Notes: generated from the sequence alone by a model not told the origin. Numbered from the stretch's first letter, positions 8,443-18,729 are shown. The stretch is 64,000 bases of DNA from Puniceicoccaceae bacterium (GCA_028285755.1 JANQOQ010000008.1:897399-961398), one strand, 5' to 3'. Program-made: numbers and translations.

Positions 8443-10323
8443 ATGAAATTTCGCTTAACCCTTGCATTATTAATTCTCAACGCGATCGTTTATTTTCTAC
8501 TTTTGCGTGAGGATACACCCTTCTCATTGGAGGACCGAATCGGGCGGGATGCACTCGGGATTCTGCCATACTCAATTAATGAAGCGGATTCTCTCGTGAT
8601 CAGTGGGGATGCTATTGAGGGTCGGACTTATCGTTTAGATAATGTAGGGTTTTATTGGCAGCTCATGGAGCCTATAGAATGGGAGGCAAATCCGTTTGCT
8701 GTGCGTCGCATGTTGAATAATCTCGAGCTCATTGATACCAGCATCCGCTTCAGTGTCAGTGATATGCAGCAGCGTGGAGAAACACTGGCGAACTACGGCC
8801 TGGAAAATCCGCCGTTGAACGTCACCATCGGTTTTGGGGATGAGTCTTTTGAACTGCGTTTCGGGGCACCGACTGAGATTGGCGAGCGTATCTACCTGTT
8901 TTCTGAAGAAGAACAGCACATATACGTAGTGGAGGCTCGTATCATCGATCCGTTTGTTTTGCCGATCAGGGAGTTGCGCTCCAATGATCTTATCGCCATA
9001 CCTGCTTTCGAAATTAGCCAGATCACCGTCGATTATCTGGATGACGGTTTACGATTTCGCCTGAATAAACGCGAAGAGGGCTGGGATGTATTGTCGCCTA
9101 TCGTTGCAGATGCTAATGATGCTCAGGTGCAAGGCTTGATTGATGAGTTGATCGAGCTCGATGTAGAACGCATTGAAAGCTTTACGGATAATTTAGACTT
9201 TAATGAAATTATACGCCTGGAGGTGGTCGGTAATCGTAGGAGCGCCACTCTCACGATCGCAGAATATCGGGATGCCGGAAATGTAAGTGATACTTTTTAT
9301 CAGGCGATGTTTGAGGGCCGAAGTACCCGGTTTCTTATTTCGCGGGCTTTCATGGATCAGTGGCGCGGTCAGCAGGATGTGTTCAGAGAACGTAGTCTGA
9401 TGAGTTTTGATCCCTACAGTGTAGGTAGTCTTTCGATTGTTGAACCTTCAACCAATCAATCATTGAGGCTATTACAGCTCGAAAACGGGAGCTGGAGGCT
9501 TTTTAACCAGCAGTCCCTCAGTGCAGATATGCAGAATGATGCGGATAAGCGGGTTGTCGAGGAGAAGCTGAAATTGCTGAATGATGCTCAGGTACTCGAG
9601 TTTATTTCAGATGCCCCCTCTGCAGAATTGCTTGAGCGCTCAGGAGTGGAGACCCCCTATAAGCGCATCAGCTTGTTGGCAGATGATGAATATATTTTGG
9701 AAATTGGCGAAATAGAGCCATCTGGCTTGGGAAGGTATGCGCGATTGCAGGGAAACCCATCCATCTATTTGGTTGGTCTGGATTTGGGGGATGCCCTTTC
9801 GGTAAACAGTCTCGATTATTTGCCCCGGGATGTGCTCTTGTTTGATGTAAACACTCAGCAGCTCAATTTCTTAACGATTACCGCATTGGCTGAGGATTCT
9901 GGATTGCGTGTGGAGTTTGATTTCATGCAGGAGAGTATTAGCGGCGAGGTGGAAATTATGACCCAGGAAGAGGAGCAGGCAATGAGCGCATTAATGCCAT
10001 CGATTTTGGAGAATTTCAGGGTCGCAGGCTATATCGATAATGCGTTTGATGAAGCAGGTACTCGATTCAATGACCTACCGGTGATCTGGGACTACAGGAT
10101 GCAGGGTTTTAGTAGCCGGGACTCCCAGAACCCCATTTTTGAAATACTTCTGTCAAAGCGCCTCAACGGTACCCAGCAGTTAGGATATACCGAGGGTGCA
10201 CCGCATATCTTTTTGCTATCACAGGTTATGATCGATGCATTACATCGGGTCATTTTTGATCCTGAAATACCACCTGAGCGCATATTGCCCGACCTGGAAG
10301 ATCAAAATAATGCAAATAATTAA
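8443..10323 (+). CDS. N-terminally anchored protein, DUF4340-like by position
   Basis: 626 aa with one N-terminal TM helix (LTLALLILNAIVYFLLL) and a 7-nt gap after the GldG-like gene. DUF4340 proteins usually sit in this position. The assignment rests on context and needs an HMM check. Confidence 0.45.
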   Translation: MKFRLTLALLILNAIVYFLLLREDTPFSLEDRIGRDALGILPYSINEADSLVISGDAIEGRTYRLDNVGFYWQLMEPIEWEANPFAVRRMLNNLELIDTSIRFSVSDMQQRGETLANYGLENPPLNVTIGFGDESFELRFGAPTEIGERIYLFSEEEQHIYVVEARIIDPFVLPIRELRSNDLIAIPAFEISQITVDYLDDGLRFRLNKREEGWDVLSPIVADANDAQVQGLIDELIELDVERIESFTDNLDFNEIIRLEVVGNRRSATLTIAEYRDAGNVSDTFYQAMFEGRSTRFLISRAFMDQWRGQQDVFRERSLMSFDPYSVGSLSIVEPSTNQSLRLLQLENGSWRLFNQQSLSADMQNDADKRVVEEKLKLLNDAQVLEFISDAPSAELLERSGVETPYKRISLLADDEYILEIGEIEPSGLGRYARLQGNPSIYLVGLDLGDALSVNSLDYLPRDVLLFDVNTQQLNFLTITALAEDSGLRVEFDFMQESISGEVEIMTQEEEQAMSALMPSILENFRVAGYIDNAFDEAGTRFNDLPVIWDYRMQGFSSRDSQNPIFEILLSKRLNGTQQLGYTEGAPHIFLLSQVMIDALHRVIFDPEIPPERILPDLEDQNNANN

Positions 10324-10394
10324 ATGTTTTCCACTAAAATACGTCTAATAGTATTGGAAAAGCAGTTCATTTAAAGTAACTTAATAAACAAGCA

Positions 10395-13040
10395 ATGCTG
10401 ACTGTCTTCAGTAAATTTCTGAATACCATATTTTTATTTGTATTGATTGTGCAAGCAGCAGTCTTTGCGCATTTAAAATACAAAGGGTATATTGGTCTGC
10501 CCGCAGTGCTTCTCGATTTTGCCCTGGAAAAATATTTTGATGAAACCATCGACTTCAAAATAGGTGGCATTAAGTATTACCCTCATAGTGGTCTCGAAAT
10601 TGCAGATATCCGGGTATTTAAAGACAATACAAAGAGTCCGGTTATTAAACTAGAAGCTATCCATCTGGATCTGGAATCGAGCCGGGACGTTCCCCTGGTA
10701 GATGCAGACTTCAGAGGTATCGCTAAGGGGGGCTACCTGTTTTATCCCGAGGCGCACATACCCGAAGATGAAGCAATCCGCTTAATGGAAGGGGCGCGGT
10801 TCACATTCGGAAGGCAAAACGGTGATTTCTTTTTGGATGATATACGGGGTCGCATTTCCAACTTAAATATAGTCGGTAACCATCCGGTATACCTGCGCCA
10901 GTCAAATACAGCCATAGAGGGCGAAATTTCACTTTCCGATGAAGTGATTGACCGCATACGCGAGGTTTTCGTGGTACGTGAGATTTTTAAAAATGCCGAA
11001 GAGTCTACACTTACGTTTCGGGTGGAGCATGTGGAGGGACAACCGGCTTACGCTTATTTCAATCTGTTCTCGGAAGGGTCCCAACTCGAAAGCTATTCAA
11101 TTGGAGATTTAAACTTACGGGGGAAACTTGCATTAAGCTCAAATCCTCAGGGCAGGGAAACGATTACCGGTCAGCTTCAGTACTTCCGGGATGGTAACGA
11201 AATGAAGGCATCCAATATTGATCTGAAACTCAATTATCAGAGGGATGGCCTTTATTCGGTGGTCCCGGATAGCATCCTTTTAAACGGTAGTAAGATTGAA
11301 TTGCACGGTGATGCACTGGATTATGCCTTGGTAGATATAAAGTTCCCGAACCAAGAGCATGTGGAGTTCATTGCCAAGGGTTCATTGCGGCGTCAAAACT
11401 TAAATTTGGAAGGGGTTTATGATCGATCAGCTCAATCGGGCGAACTAAAAGTCTACGGTTGGTTTAATCCCGAATATTTAGCTGATTGTTTCTGGGTGAA
11501 TGATCCTAAAATACTGGATCGCTTTCGATTTGAAAAAACACCCTATTTTGAGCTTTCGGCCAAACTTGCCGGTGATCAAACCATTGAGGATATACGTTTT
11601 AGCTTTTTAACACTCGGTATGAATGTGATGGACGTGCCCATTGGCTATGCCAAAGCAACGGGCAGATACGACAGCAAGCAGATCCATTTGGATCGTTTTT
11701 GTGCCTACCAGCCCGGGTATGCGATCGAGGGCAGTCTATCCAAGAATATTGATACCAGCGCTTACCGCTATATATTGATCGGCTCCTTTTTGCCCACAGA
11801 ATACAACCCCTGGTTTAAGGACTGGTGGTCCAGAACCTGGGTATCCTTTGATTTTGGGGCGGATCCGGCCACCACCAACATGGATATCTGGGGAGTGCTC
11901 GACGATGAAAACGACCGCTACGTTTATGGGGACATTCATTTTGGCTCTATGGATTTCAAGGGCCTGAAGCTGGATCGTGGTTCGGTGCGGATGCTCTATC
12001 TGGCCAAATACACGCATTTGTTCGATATGCAGATATCGCAGGGGGATTATCAGGCAAGTGGATCCGTAAAAACGGTCTATGAAACCTGGGGGATCGAGGA
12101 GGTTTCCAAGCGCTTTAATTTTCAAAGTAACTTTCCCATCCGTGCGATCAGCTCACCCGCTGCTGAGGAAGTGGGCAAATATTTGGATCTGCTGGACGGT
12201 GATATTGCGCCTGAGCTTAATCTTCAGGGGGTAGTAGTAGACGAACAGTTTGAGCAGTTTGCGCATTTGCAGGATTTGAAGATTTCTATCAATCAGCAGA
12301 AGCCCTTTAAGTATGCGGGTATTGAATTGCAAAGTGCCGAGCTGATTGCAGTTCGCAATGATGAGGGCATCATCATTGAGCCCTTTAAATTTGAATTTGC
12401 CGATGGCATGGGTAGTGGAGTGATAAGGCTCACAAAACCAGAGGATGCATTTATTACCGAATTTGAGTTTCAGCTCGAAGATTTTGATTATCACGTTGCG
12501 ATCAACAAAATCGATATTCTTAAACCGGAAGAATCTTTGGAAGACGATATTCTGAAAACAGCTAATACTGATAAGTCAGAACGAAGTTTTATGGATCTGC
12601 AGTTTGCCGGAAGCGGTGAGTTGGGTGATTGGGATAGTTTTACTGCCGAAGGTGAATTCCTGTTGGATGATCCCCTGATCCAGCGGGTACACCTGTTTGG
12701 GGGTATTTCAAAACTCCTCGATAATTCAGCGCTCAATTTAGGCTCATTCTCACTCAAACAGGCAACCTCCAGTGTACGTCTGGCAGAAATGAAGCTGCAT
12801 TTTGACGATATGCGGATGACCGGGCCTACCAGTCGCGTCGACGCGAAGGGCTCCATAGATCTGGCAACTCAGGGCCTTGATTTCAGGCTGAAGGCCTACC
12901 CGCTGCGCGAAACGAAAACGCCGATAGTCTCGCAATTGGGTATGATTATTAGCCCGATAGCGCACCTATTCGAGGTGAATGCACGGGGTACTTTTGACGA
13001 TCCGGAATGGAAACTTGTTATTGACGCGGGTAAATTATGA
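10395..13040 (+). CDS. large N-terminally anchored envelope protein, tentatively AsmA/TamB/YhdP-like
   Basis: 881 aa with an N-terminal TM helix (IFLFVLIVQAAVFAHL) followed by long beta-rich sequence. The C-terminus RVDAKGSIDLATQGLDFRLKAYPL...GTFDDPEWKL resembles AsmA-like C-terminal regions. I saw no catalytic motifs. Confidence 0.4.
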   Translation: MLTVFSKFLNTIFLFVLIVQAAVFAHLKYKGYIGLPAVLLDFALEKYFDETIDFKIGGIKYYPHSGLEIADIRVFKDNTKSPVIKLEAIHLDLESSRDVPLVDADFRGIAKGGYLFYPEAHIPEDEAIRLMEGARFTFGRQNGDFFLDDIRGRISNLNIVGNHPVYLRQSNTAIEGEISLSDEVIDRIREVFVVREIFKNAEESTLTFRVEHVEGQPAYAYFNLFSEGSQLESYSIGDLNLRGKLALSSNPQGRETITGQLQYFRDGNEMKASNIDLKLNYQRDGLYSVVPDSILLNGSKIELHGDALDYALVDIKFPNQEHVEFIAKGSLRRQNLNLEGVYDRSAQSGELKVYGWFNPEYLADCFWVNDPKILDRFRFEKTPYFELSAKLAGDQTIEDIRFSFLTLGMNVMDVPIGYAKATGRYDSKQIHLDRFCAYQPGYAIEGSLSKNIDTSAYRYILIGSFLPTEYNPWFKDWWSRTWVSFDFGADPATTNMDIWGVLDDENDRYVYGDIHFGSMDFKGLKLDRGSVRMLYLAKYTHLFDMQISQGDYQASGSVKTVYETWGIEEVSKRFNFQSNFPIRAISSPAAEEVGKYLDLLDGDIAPELNLQGVVVDEQFEQFAHLQDLKISINQQKPFKYAGIELQSAELIAVRNDEGIIIEPFKFEFADGMGSGVIRLTKPEDAFITEFEFQLEDFDYHVAINKIDILKPEESLEDDILKTANTDKSERSFMDLQFAGSGELGDWDSFTAEGEFLLDDPLIQRVHLFGGISKLLDNSALNLGSFSLKQATSSVRLAEMKLHFDDMRMTGPTSRVDAKGSIDLATQGLDFRLKAYPLRETKTPIVSQLGMIISPIAHLFEVNARGTFDDPEWKLVIDAGKL

Positions 13041-13101
13041 AAATTGCATAGCCCGTTGACATCAGTTAACAATCAATCTTCTATCTAGCTGAATTTTGGG
13101 T

Positions 13102-13569
13102 ATGGACATCAATCAAATCGAAAAACTTGCACAAATTATTGAATCGAACAACATCCGTGAGTTCGAGGTCGAAGAAAAAGGCTTTAAGCTGCGGATTAAG
13201 CGGGGTGGAGATGATATGCCTGTCGTCGCTGCACCTGCCCCTGTTGCGATCCCTGCTGCGCCAGCACCCGTTGCGGCCGCACCTGCCGCTGCTGCCGCTG
13301 AACCTGCAGCGCCAGTGGAAGAAGCGGGCATAGAAATCATTAAGTCCCCCATGGTAGGCACTTTCTATTCGGCTCCTTCACCGGAGAGTGATGCGTTTGT
13401 ATCGGTCGGCACACAAGTAACTGCAGATACAATAGTCTGCATCGTCGAAGCCATGAAAGTGATGAACGAGATCCAGGCTGAGCTCAGTGGAACCGTCACT
13501 GAAGTTCTGGTAGAGAACGGGGCGGCAATCGAATACGGGCAGCCGCTTTTCAAAGTTAAGTCCAGTTAG
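13102..13569 (+). CDS. accB: acetyl-CoA carboxylase biotin carboxyl carrier protein
   Basis: Ala/Pro-rich linker followed by the biotinyl-lysine motif [10 protein letters not shown]. The ORF track starts at TTG 13096. I prefer the ATG at 13102 (MDINQIEKL). Confidence 0.92.
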   Translation: MDINQIEKLAQIIESNNIREFEVEEKGFKLRIKRGGDDMPVVAAPAPVAIPAAPAPVAAAPAAAAAEPAAPVEEAGIEIIKSPMVGTFYSAPSPESDAFVSVGTQVTADTIVCIVEAMKVMNEIQAELSGTVTEVLVENGAAIEYGQPLFKVKSS

Positions 13570-13616
13570 CGCTATAAGCCTGACTATACTTATACGAGTT
13601 AAAACCGAGGATTTGG

Positions 13617-14984
13617 ATGTTTAATAAGATACTTGTAGCAAACCGGGGAGAAATTGCATTGCGCGTGATTCGTGCCTGCCGTGAGTTGGGTATTAATTCA
13701 CTCGCCGTATATTCGGAGGCGGATGAGCAATCATTGCATACGCATGCAGCAAATGAGGCCATCTGTATTGGCCCGGCTCCCTCTGATCAAAGCTATTTAA
13801 AACGGGACCGCATTTTAAGTGCAGCAGAAATTGCAAATGTGGATGCTATTCATCCCGGCTACGGATTTTTGTCTGAAAACGCTGAGTTTGCGGAGCAATG
13901 TGAAACCTGCGGTATTAAATTTATCGGGCCCAAAGCGAATGCGATTCGCCTCATGGGTGATAAGGCGACTGCACGCGAAACGGTTAAAAAGTCAAAGGTT
14001 CCAACAGTCCCGGGTAGTGATGGCCCCATTGAAAATGAAAATGAGGCTTTGAATGTAGCCCAGAAGATCGGGTTTCCTGTCATCATCAAAGCCGTTGCCG
14101 GTGGAGGGGGTAAGGGCATGCGTGTCGCGCATAATGCGGTTGCATTTGCCAAGGAATTTACTACCGCCCGTAACGAGGCTGAAAAAGCGTTTGGCAATGG
14201 AGCGGTGTATATTGAGAAATTTATTGAAGAGCCCAGACACATTGAAGTTCAGATAATGGCGGATTCCTATGGGAACGTGGTGCATCTGGGAGAGCGTGAT
14301 TGCTCTGTCCAGCGACGTCACCAAAAAGTCATTGAAGAGGCTCCATCGCCTTTTGCCACATCCTCAATGCGGGACGCGATGGGTAAGGCAGCCGTAAATG
14401 CCGCGCGTGCCGTGAAGTATGAAAATGCAGGTACAGTGGAGTTCCTCGTCGATAAAAACGGCAACTTCTACTTTATCGAGATGAATACCCGCATCCAGGT
14501 AGAGCACCCGGTAACGGAAGAAATAACAGGCCTGGATCTTGTGCAGTTGCAGATTCTTATAGCCAGCGGCGAAAAACTCCCTTTTAAGCAATCGGACATC
14601 AAATTCTCAAAACATGCGCTTGAGTGCCGCATCTGTGCGGAGGATCCTGAGCGTAATTTCATGCCGAGTGCAGGGATGGTCGACTTTTTTCATATGCCCG
14701 GTGGGCGTGGAGTGCGCGTGGATAGCCACGTGTATTCCGGCTACAGGATACCTCCCAACTATGACAGCATGATTGGTAAGCTCATCGTCGTTGCTGATAA
14801 TCGTGAAAAGGCCATCGCCAAGATGAACCGTGCGCTGGGGGAATGTGAAATCAGAGGAATAAAATCAAACGTAGAATTCTTGCGTAAAATCACAAATGAC
14901 CCATACTTTCAAAGTGGTGATGTAACCACAAAATTTATTGAAGATTTTTTTGAGCGAAATAAAAATAGGCAATTAAAGGAGTAA
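13617..14984 (+). CDS. accC: acetyl-CoA carboxylase biotin carboxylase subunit
   Basis: 455 aa beginning [21 protein letters not shown], with the GGGGKGMRV glycine loop and [14 protein letters not shown]. Confidence 0.95.
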   Translation: MFNKILVANRGEIALRVIRACRELGINSLAVYSEADEQSLHTHAANEAICIGPAPSDQSYLKRDRILSAAEIANVDAIHPGYGFLSENAEFAEQCETCGIKFIGPKANAIRLMGDKATARETVKKSKVPTVPGSDGPIENENEALNVAQKIGFPVIIKAVAGGGGKGMRVAHNAVAFAKEFTTARNEAEKAFGNGAVYIEKFIEEPRHIEVQIMADSYGNVVHLGERDCSVQRRHQKVIEEAPSPFATSSMRDAMGKAAVNAARAVKYENAGTVEFLVDKNGNFYFIEMNTRIQVEHPVTEEITGLDLVQLQILIASGEKLPFKQSDIKFSKHALECRICAEDPERNFMPSAGMVDFFHMPGGRGVRVDSHVYSGYRIPPNYDSMIGKLIVVADNREKAIAKMNRALGECEIRGIKSNVEFLRKITNDPYFQSGDVTTKFIEDFFERNKNRQLKE

Positions 14985-14986
14985 CT

Positions 14987-15502
14987 ATGAGTTCAGACAA
15001 AACAGATTTGGAAGCCCAGACCTCTCATATCGACCTGGGAGTTGGCAGTGAAGATCAAGGTAACCTCGGAGATATCAAAATCTCTCTGCCGGTAGTGGAA
15101 AATATGGTACGCATGGTCGTCTTAGAAGTGGAAGGAGTAGTCGATGTGATCGGCTCTGGTTCCAGCGCGATCTCTGGGATTTTTGCGTCCAAAGGTGAAA
15201 ATCGCAGCGGGGTTAAAGTAGTTGAGGATGAATCCGGAGCGTATTCGATTGAGGTGCGGGTATCCTTGGTATTTGGAGTAGAGCTTGCAAATATCGCCTA
15301 CACCATCCAGCAAAAAGTCATTGAGAAAATTGCGAAGATGACCTCAAAGCCTGTGACCAAGGTGGACGTATTTATTGACCGTGTGGAAAAAGAAGCCGCC
15401 GAGGCTCCTGCTGAAAAGAAGAGCAAGGCTAAGGCTAAGCCTGCCCCGAAAAAGCAAGAGCCTAAGGAAGAAGCTCCTGTCGAGGCTGAGAAGACTGAAT
15501 AA
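14987..15502 (+). CDS. Asp23/Gls24-family protein
   Basis: 171 aa. It starts 2 nt after the accC stop, has an Asp23-like core (IKISLPVVENMVRMVVLEVEGV...VEVRVSLVFGVELANIAYTIQQKV...VDVFIDRV) and a Lys/Ala/Pro/Glu-rich tail. Confidence 0.75.
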   Translation: MSSDKTDLEAQTSHIDLGVGSEDQGNLGDIKISLPVVENMVRMVVLEVEGVVDVIGSGSSAISGIFASKGENRSGVKVVEDESGAYSIEVRVSLVFGVELANIAYTIQQKVIEKIAKMTSKPVTKVDVFIDRVEKEAAEAPAEKKSKAKAKPAPKKQEPKEEAPVEAEKTE

Positions 15503-15519
15503 CTCATCAATCTTTTACA

Positions 15520-16101
15520 ATGAGCGACATTAACTTTCAGGAATTGCTTAACTGGGTGATCGAGTATGTCCAAAACCCAGTTGTATGGGGTGCGGGTGCA
15601 TTGATCATCGTCCTGATCATCGTGCTCATTTTATTGTCCAAGCTACAACCCGGCCAGATCCGGGCATTCGGCACCTCCAGCGGGTATGTTCAGATTTCCA
15701 GGGCCGCTTTGGTGGATTTAATCAAGCAAACCTGTGAGCAGATCGATGTTGAGAAAAAGCCGGGGGTACGCATTAAGACAAAGCGTAATCGCCTGAATAT
15801 TGATGTGCGCATTCGGTTGTCCAGCGGAGCCAAGCTCGTGGAAGTTGCAGATACGCTTCAGGAGCACCTCAAGGAAACCATGAAGAATGGCCTCGGGATA
15901 ACTAAACTTGGTAACATTAATGTCACTGTAGTGGGGATTAAGGCCATACCGTTGATTAAAGCAAAGCAGCAACCGGTTGAGCCTGTGGAAAACCCAAAGG
16001 AAGAAGCCGTGCCTGTGGACCCCATTCCCTTACCCGTGAACGAAAGTCCTGAGAAAGATCTGGATAAAGCAGAGCCCTCCAAAAAAGAAGATTCCAAGTA
16101 A
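15520..16101 (+). CDS. single-pass membrane protein, AmaP-like partner of Asp23 (tentative)
   Basis: 193 aa with one TM helix (VVWGAGALIIVLIIVLILL) followed by an Asp23-like soluble region and an acidic/Pro-rich tail. It sits after Asp23, as amaP does in Firmicutes. Confidence 0.45.
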   Translation: MSDINFQELLNWVIEYVQNPVVWGAGALIIVLIIVLILLSKLQPGQIRAFGTSSGYVQISRAALVDLIKQTCEQIDVEKKPGVRIKTKRNRLNIDVRIRLSSGAKLVEVADTLQEHLKETMKNGLGITKLGNINVTVVGIKAIPLIKAKQQPVEPVENPKEEAVPVDPIPLPVNESPEKDLDKAEPSKKEDSK

Positions 16102-16739
16102 TGACGCTCGAGAATGCTCATTTATATGCGATTCTGGACACGAGTTATATAGCGGCAGAAGATTTTGCGCTCTATGCTGAAAAACTGATCAAGGGCGGGG
16201 TGGATCTTCTGCAAATTCGCGCCAAGTATGAGTCTGCAGATGATAGACGTGCTTTGGTGCGTTCCGTATTGGATGTATGCACGGATGCAAATATCCCCCT
16301 GATCCTGAACGATGATGTGGAGGTCGCCAGTGAATTCGATGGTCTGGGTCTGCACGTTGGGCAGGACGATTTGAACCCCGAAATCGCCCGCGAAATGATG
16401 GGGCCGGACAGAATAATCGGCTTGTCTACACATTCGCGGGAACAAGCCACAGCTGCCTACGAATATTACCAAAAAGGTATCGTTAATTACTTTGCCGTGG
16501 GGCCCGTATTTAAAACCCCCACAAAGCCCGATTACACTCCCGTCACTCTGGATTTGGTGTCCTGGGTGGTTGAGAACAACTTTCATGCACCGCATTTCTT
16601 TATTGGTGGGATTAACGAGAGCACATTGCCTCTGCTCATCGGTAGAGGTGCTAATAGGGCGGTTGTTGTCTCAGCACTACTGAAAGCGATTGATGTGAGT
16701 GCGGCCGCCTCGCGGATTAAGACTTCACTGGTTGCGTGA
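16101..16739 (+). CDS. thiE: thiamine-phosphate synthase
   Basis: 212 aa with LLQIRAK, GLHVGQDDL, AVGPVFKTPTKP and FFIGGI. A TAATG start/stop overlap (base 16101) links it to the preceding gene. Confidence 0.88.
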   Translation: MTLENAHLYAILDTSYIAAEDFALYAEKLIKGGVDLLQIRAKYESADDRRALVRSVLDVCTDANIPLILNDDVEVASEFDGLGLHVGQDDLNPEIAREMMGPDRIIGLSTHSREQATAAYEYYQKGIVNYFAVGPVFKTPTKPDYTPVTLDLVSWVVENNFHAPHFFIGGINESTLPLLIGRGANRAVVVSALLKAIDVSAAASRIKTSLVA

Positions 16740-18009
16740 CTTTCCCAAGAGGAATTTCGAAGGTAATATTCGCACCGCCTTCTTCCAGATTTTTCGCATA
16801 AATAATACCCTCATGCAGTTCGACGATTCCGCGGGATATGCTCAGGCCTAATCCTGTTCCCCCGCTTGTGCGTGAACGGTCTTTATCTACGCGGTAAAAC
16901 CGCCTGAATATATGGGGTACATCTTGTTCGGGAATGCCTTTGCCATTATCTTCCACACTGCAGACTAAGGCCTCTTTTACCACATCGATACGCGCTTTTA
17001 CGTTGATGATGCTTTCACTCCCTGAATAGCGAATCGCGTTTTCGATGAGGTTTTGAAACACCTGAGATATTTTAAAGACATCCAACTGGAATTCCTGATC
17101 ATGGGTCTGATCCTCGAAAATGAGCTCTTGTTCATCACTCAGCATGGGGATGTAAGTATCTTTAAGATTATCAAAGATATCAATGATCCTATGTGAGCCT
17201 ACATTCAGGAATTCAGGATCCGTTTCGATCCGGGACAATGTTAGCAAATCCTCAACCAGTAAATGTAGTCTTTCGGTATTGTTTTTGATTTTTTTGAAGA
17301 ATTTGCTGCGCGTTTCGACGGGCAGATTGTCCCAATCTTCGGACAAAGTTTCGGTAAACCCTTTGATGATCGTGATCGGTGTTTTGAGCTCATGGGATAC
17401 ATTGGCAACAAAGTTGGTTTTGACCCGCTCGAGCTCCTTCAGCCGAGTAATATCATGGAGAACGAATAGCTGGCTGCCGTAAATACTGCTTTCAGTTCTC
17501 GGTATTTGCGATCCCGATACTTCAAACCAGAATTCCCGGTCATTTAAAATGACTTCAAATTCACTTTTCCTGGGAGCACGTTTGTTTTTGGAGCGAATGA
17601 TGAAATCCAGTAAATCCGGGTTGCGGATGACTGCCTCGATACGTTTACCCTTGATACGCGACCCTTGGCTAAACCGCTTTAATGCAGCCTGATTCGCATA
17701 TCGGATCACATTATTGTTATCGGTAGAGATTACGGCCTGCTCGATATTGCCCAGTACTTCAGTGATCTGGGATTCCGTTTGCAGTTCGAGATCTCGTATC
17801 TGGTTTTCCTTTTCGATAAGGTCGCGAAAAATCGCGGTTATATCCTCCAGGTGGTATTCCCTGGCAAGACGGGATTCCTGTGATTTTAGGAAAGTGGAAC
17901 GGTTAGTGGCGGCATCTTTAAGAGATGCCAGTTGCCTTTTAATATTCTGAAGCTTCCAAAACTGATAGGTGCATACAGCGATGAGCAGTATAAAAATAAA
18001 CTCCCACAT
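16717..18009 (-). CDS. sensor histidine kinase, PhoR-like (TM + PAS + HisKA + HATPase)
   Basis: 430 aa with N-terminal TM, H-box FVANVSHELKTPITIIKG, N-box QNLIENAIRYS, and G-boxes DNGKGIP and GGTGLGLSI. Confidence 0.9.
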   Translation of the reverse strand: MWEFIFILLIAVCTYQFWKLQNIKRQLASLKDAATNRSTFLKSQESRLAREYHLEDITAIFRDLIEKENQIRDLELQTESQITEVLGNIEQAVISTDNNNVIRYANQAALKRFSQGSRIKGKRIEAVIRNPDLLDFIIRSKNKRAPRKSEFEVILNDREFWFEVSGSQIPRTESSIYGSQLFVLHDITRLKELERVKTNFVANVSHELKTPITIIKGFTETLSEDWDNLPVETRSKFFKKIKNNTERLHLLVEDLLTLSRIETDPEFLNVGSHRIIDIFDNLKDTYIPMLSDEQELIFEDQTHDQEFQLDVFKISQVFQNLIENAIRYSGSESIINVKARIDVVKEALVCSVEDNGKGIPEQDVPHIFRRFYRVDKDRSRTSGGTGLGLSISRGIVELHEGIIYAKNLEEGGANITFEIPLGKVTQPVKS

Positions 18010-18027
18010 CTTGCATCCCTGAGGGGA

Positions 18028-18729
18028 TCAATCCTCGCTTATTTTATAGCCGACCCCACGGATCGTCTTAATAATATCGGCTTCTGACGAAAGTTTCTCG
18101 CGCAAACGCCGCACATGGGTATCTACTGTGCGGGTTTCGACATCCGAATTGTAGTTCCAGACGTGAGATAACAGTTCTTCGCGTGTTTGAACTACTCCCA
18201 CACGGCTCATAAGCACGTGAATCAATCGAAATTCGGTGGCGGTTAAAATGATGATCTCGTCCTTTACGATCAATCGATGCCGCTCACAATCAATGGTTAC
18301 GTTGCCCACGGTGATTGTAGCTGCAGATGAATTATCCTGAGAGGGCTGAATACGCTTTAAAATCGCCTTAATACGCAGTACCAGCTCCTTAGTATTGAAG
18401 GGTTTCGATAGATAGTCATCTGCGCCTGACTCGAGGCCATTCACACGATCATCGATTTCACTTTTAGCCGTCAAAAAGATAATCGGTATTGATTCGATAG
18501 CCGAGGTATTGGAGCGCATCATCTTGCATATCTGGATGCCATTGAGGTTCGGCATCATGATATCCAGAAGTACAAGATCAGGCATATAGCTGCGCACTTC
18601 ACGCATGACCTCAGTCGGGTTATTCAACGACCTTACATTAAAGCCCTCATTGCCCAACTTATACTCGATCAGATCGGTAACATCGGGTTCATCATCTACC
18701 ACGAGGATTTTTTTGTCAGCGTAGGTCAC
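18028..18729 (-). CDS. OmpR/PhoB-family response regulator
   Basis: 233 aa with a GTG start. It has a receiver domain (VVDDEPD...LLDIMMP...KPF) and a winged-helix output domain (TATEFRLIHVLM...VDTHVRRLREKL...IRGVGYK). Confidence 0.92.
   Translation of the reverse strand: MTYADKKILVVDDEPDVTDLIEYKLGNEGFNVRSLNNPTEVMREVRSYMPDLVLLDIMMPNLNGIQICKMMRSNTSAIESIPIIFLTAKSEIDDRVNGLESGADDYLSKPFNTKELVLRIKAILKRIQPSQDNSSAATITVGNVTIDCERHRLIVKDEIIILTATEFRLIHVLMSRVGVVQTREELLSHVWNYNSDVETRTVDTHVRRLREKLSSEADIIKTIRGVGYKISED

Noticed and set aside
13219-13320. GC-rich, repetitive GCx/CCx stretch that looks like a DNA tandem repeat.
   Set aside because: It encodes the Ala/Pro-rich flexible linker of the biotin carboxyl carrier protein ([31 protein letters not shown]). 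This is a normal feature of AccB.
16050-16110. Looked for a TPP riboswitch ahead of thiE.
   Set aside because: thiE starts by a TAATG overlap with the preceding CDS, so there is no leader in which a riboswitch could sit.
16717-16739. 23-nt convergent overlap of the thiE and histidine-kinase 3' ends.
   Set aside because: Short convergent overlaps are common in compact genomes. There is no structure or extra ORF here, and nothing suggests function beyond possible mutual termination.
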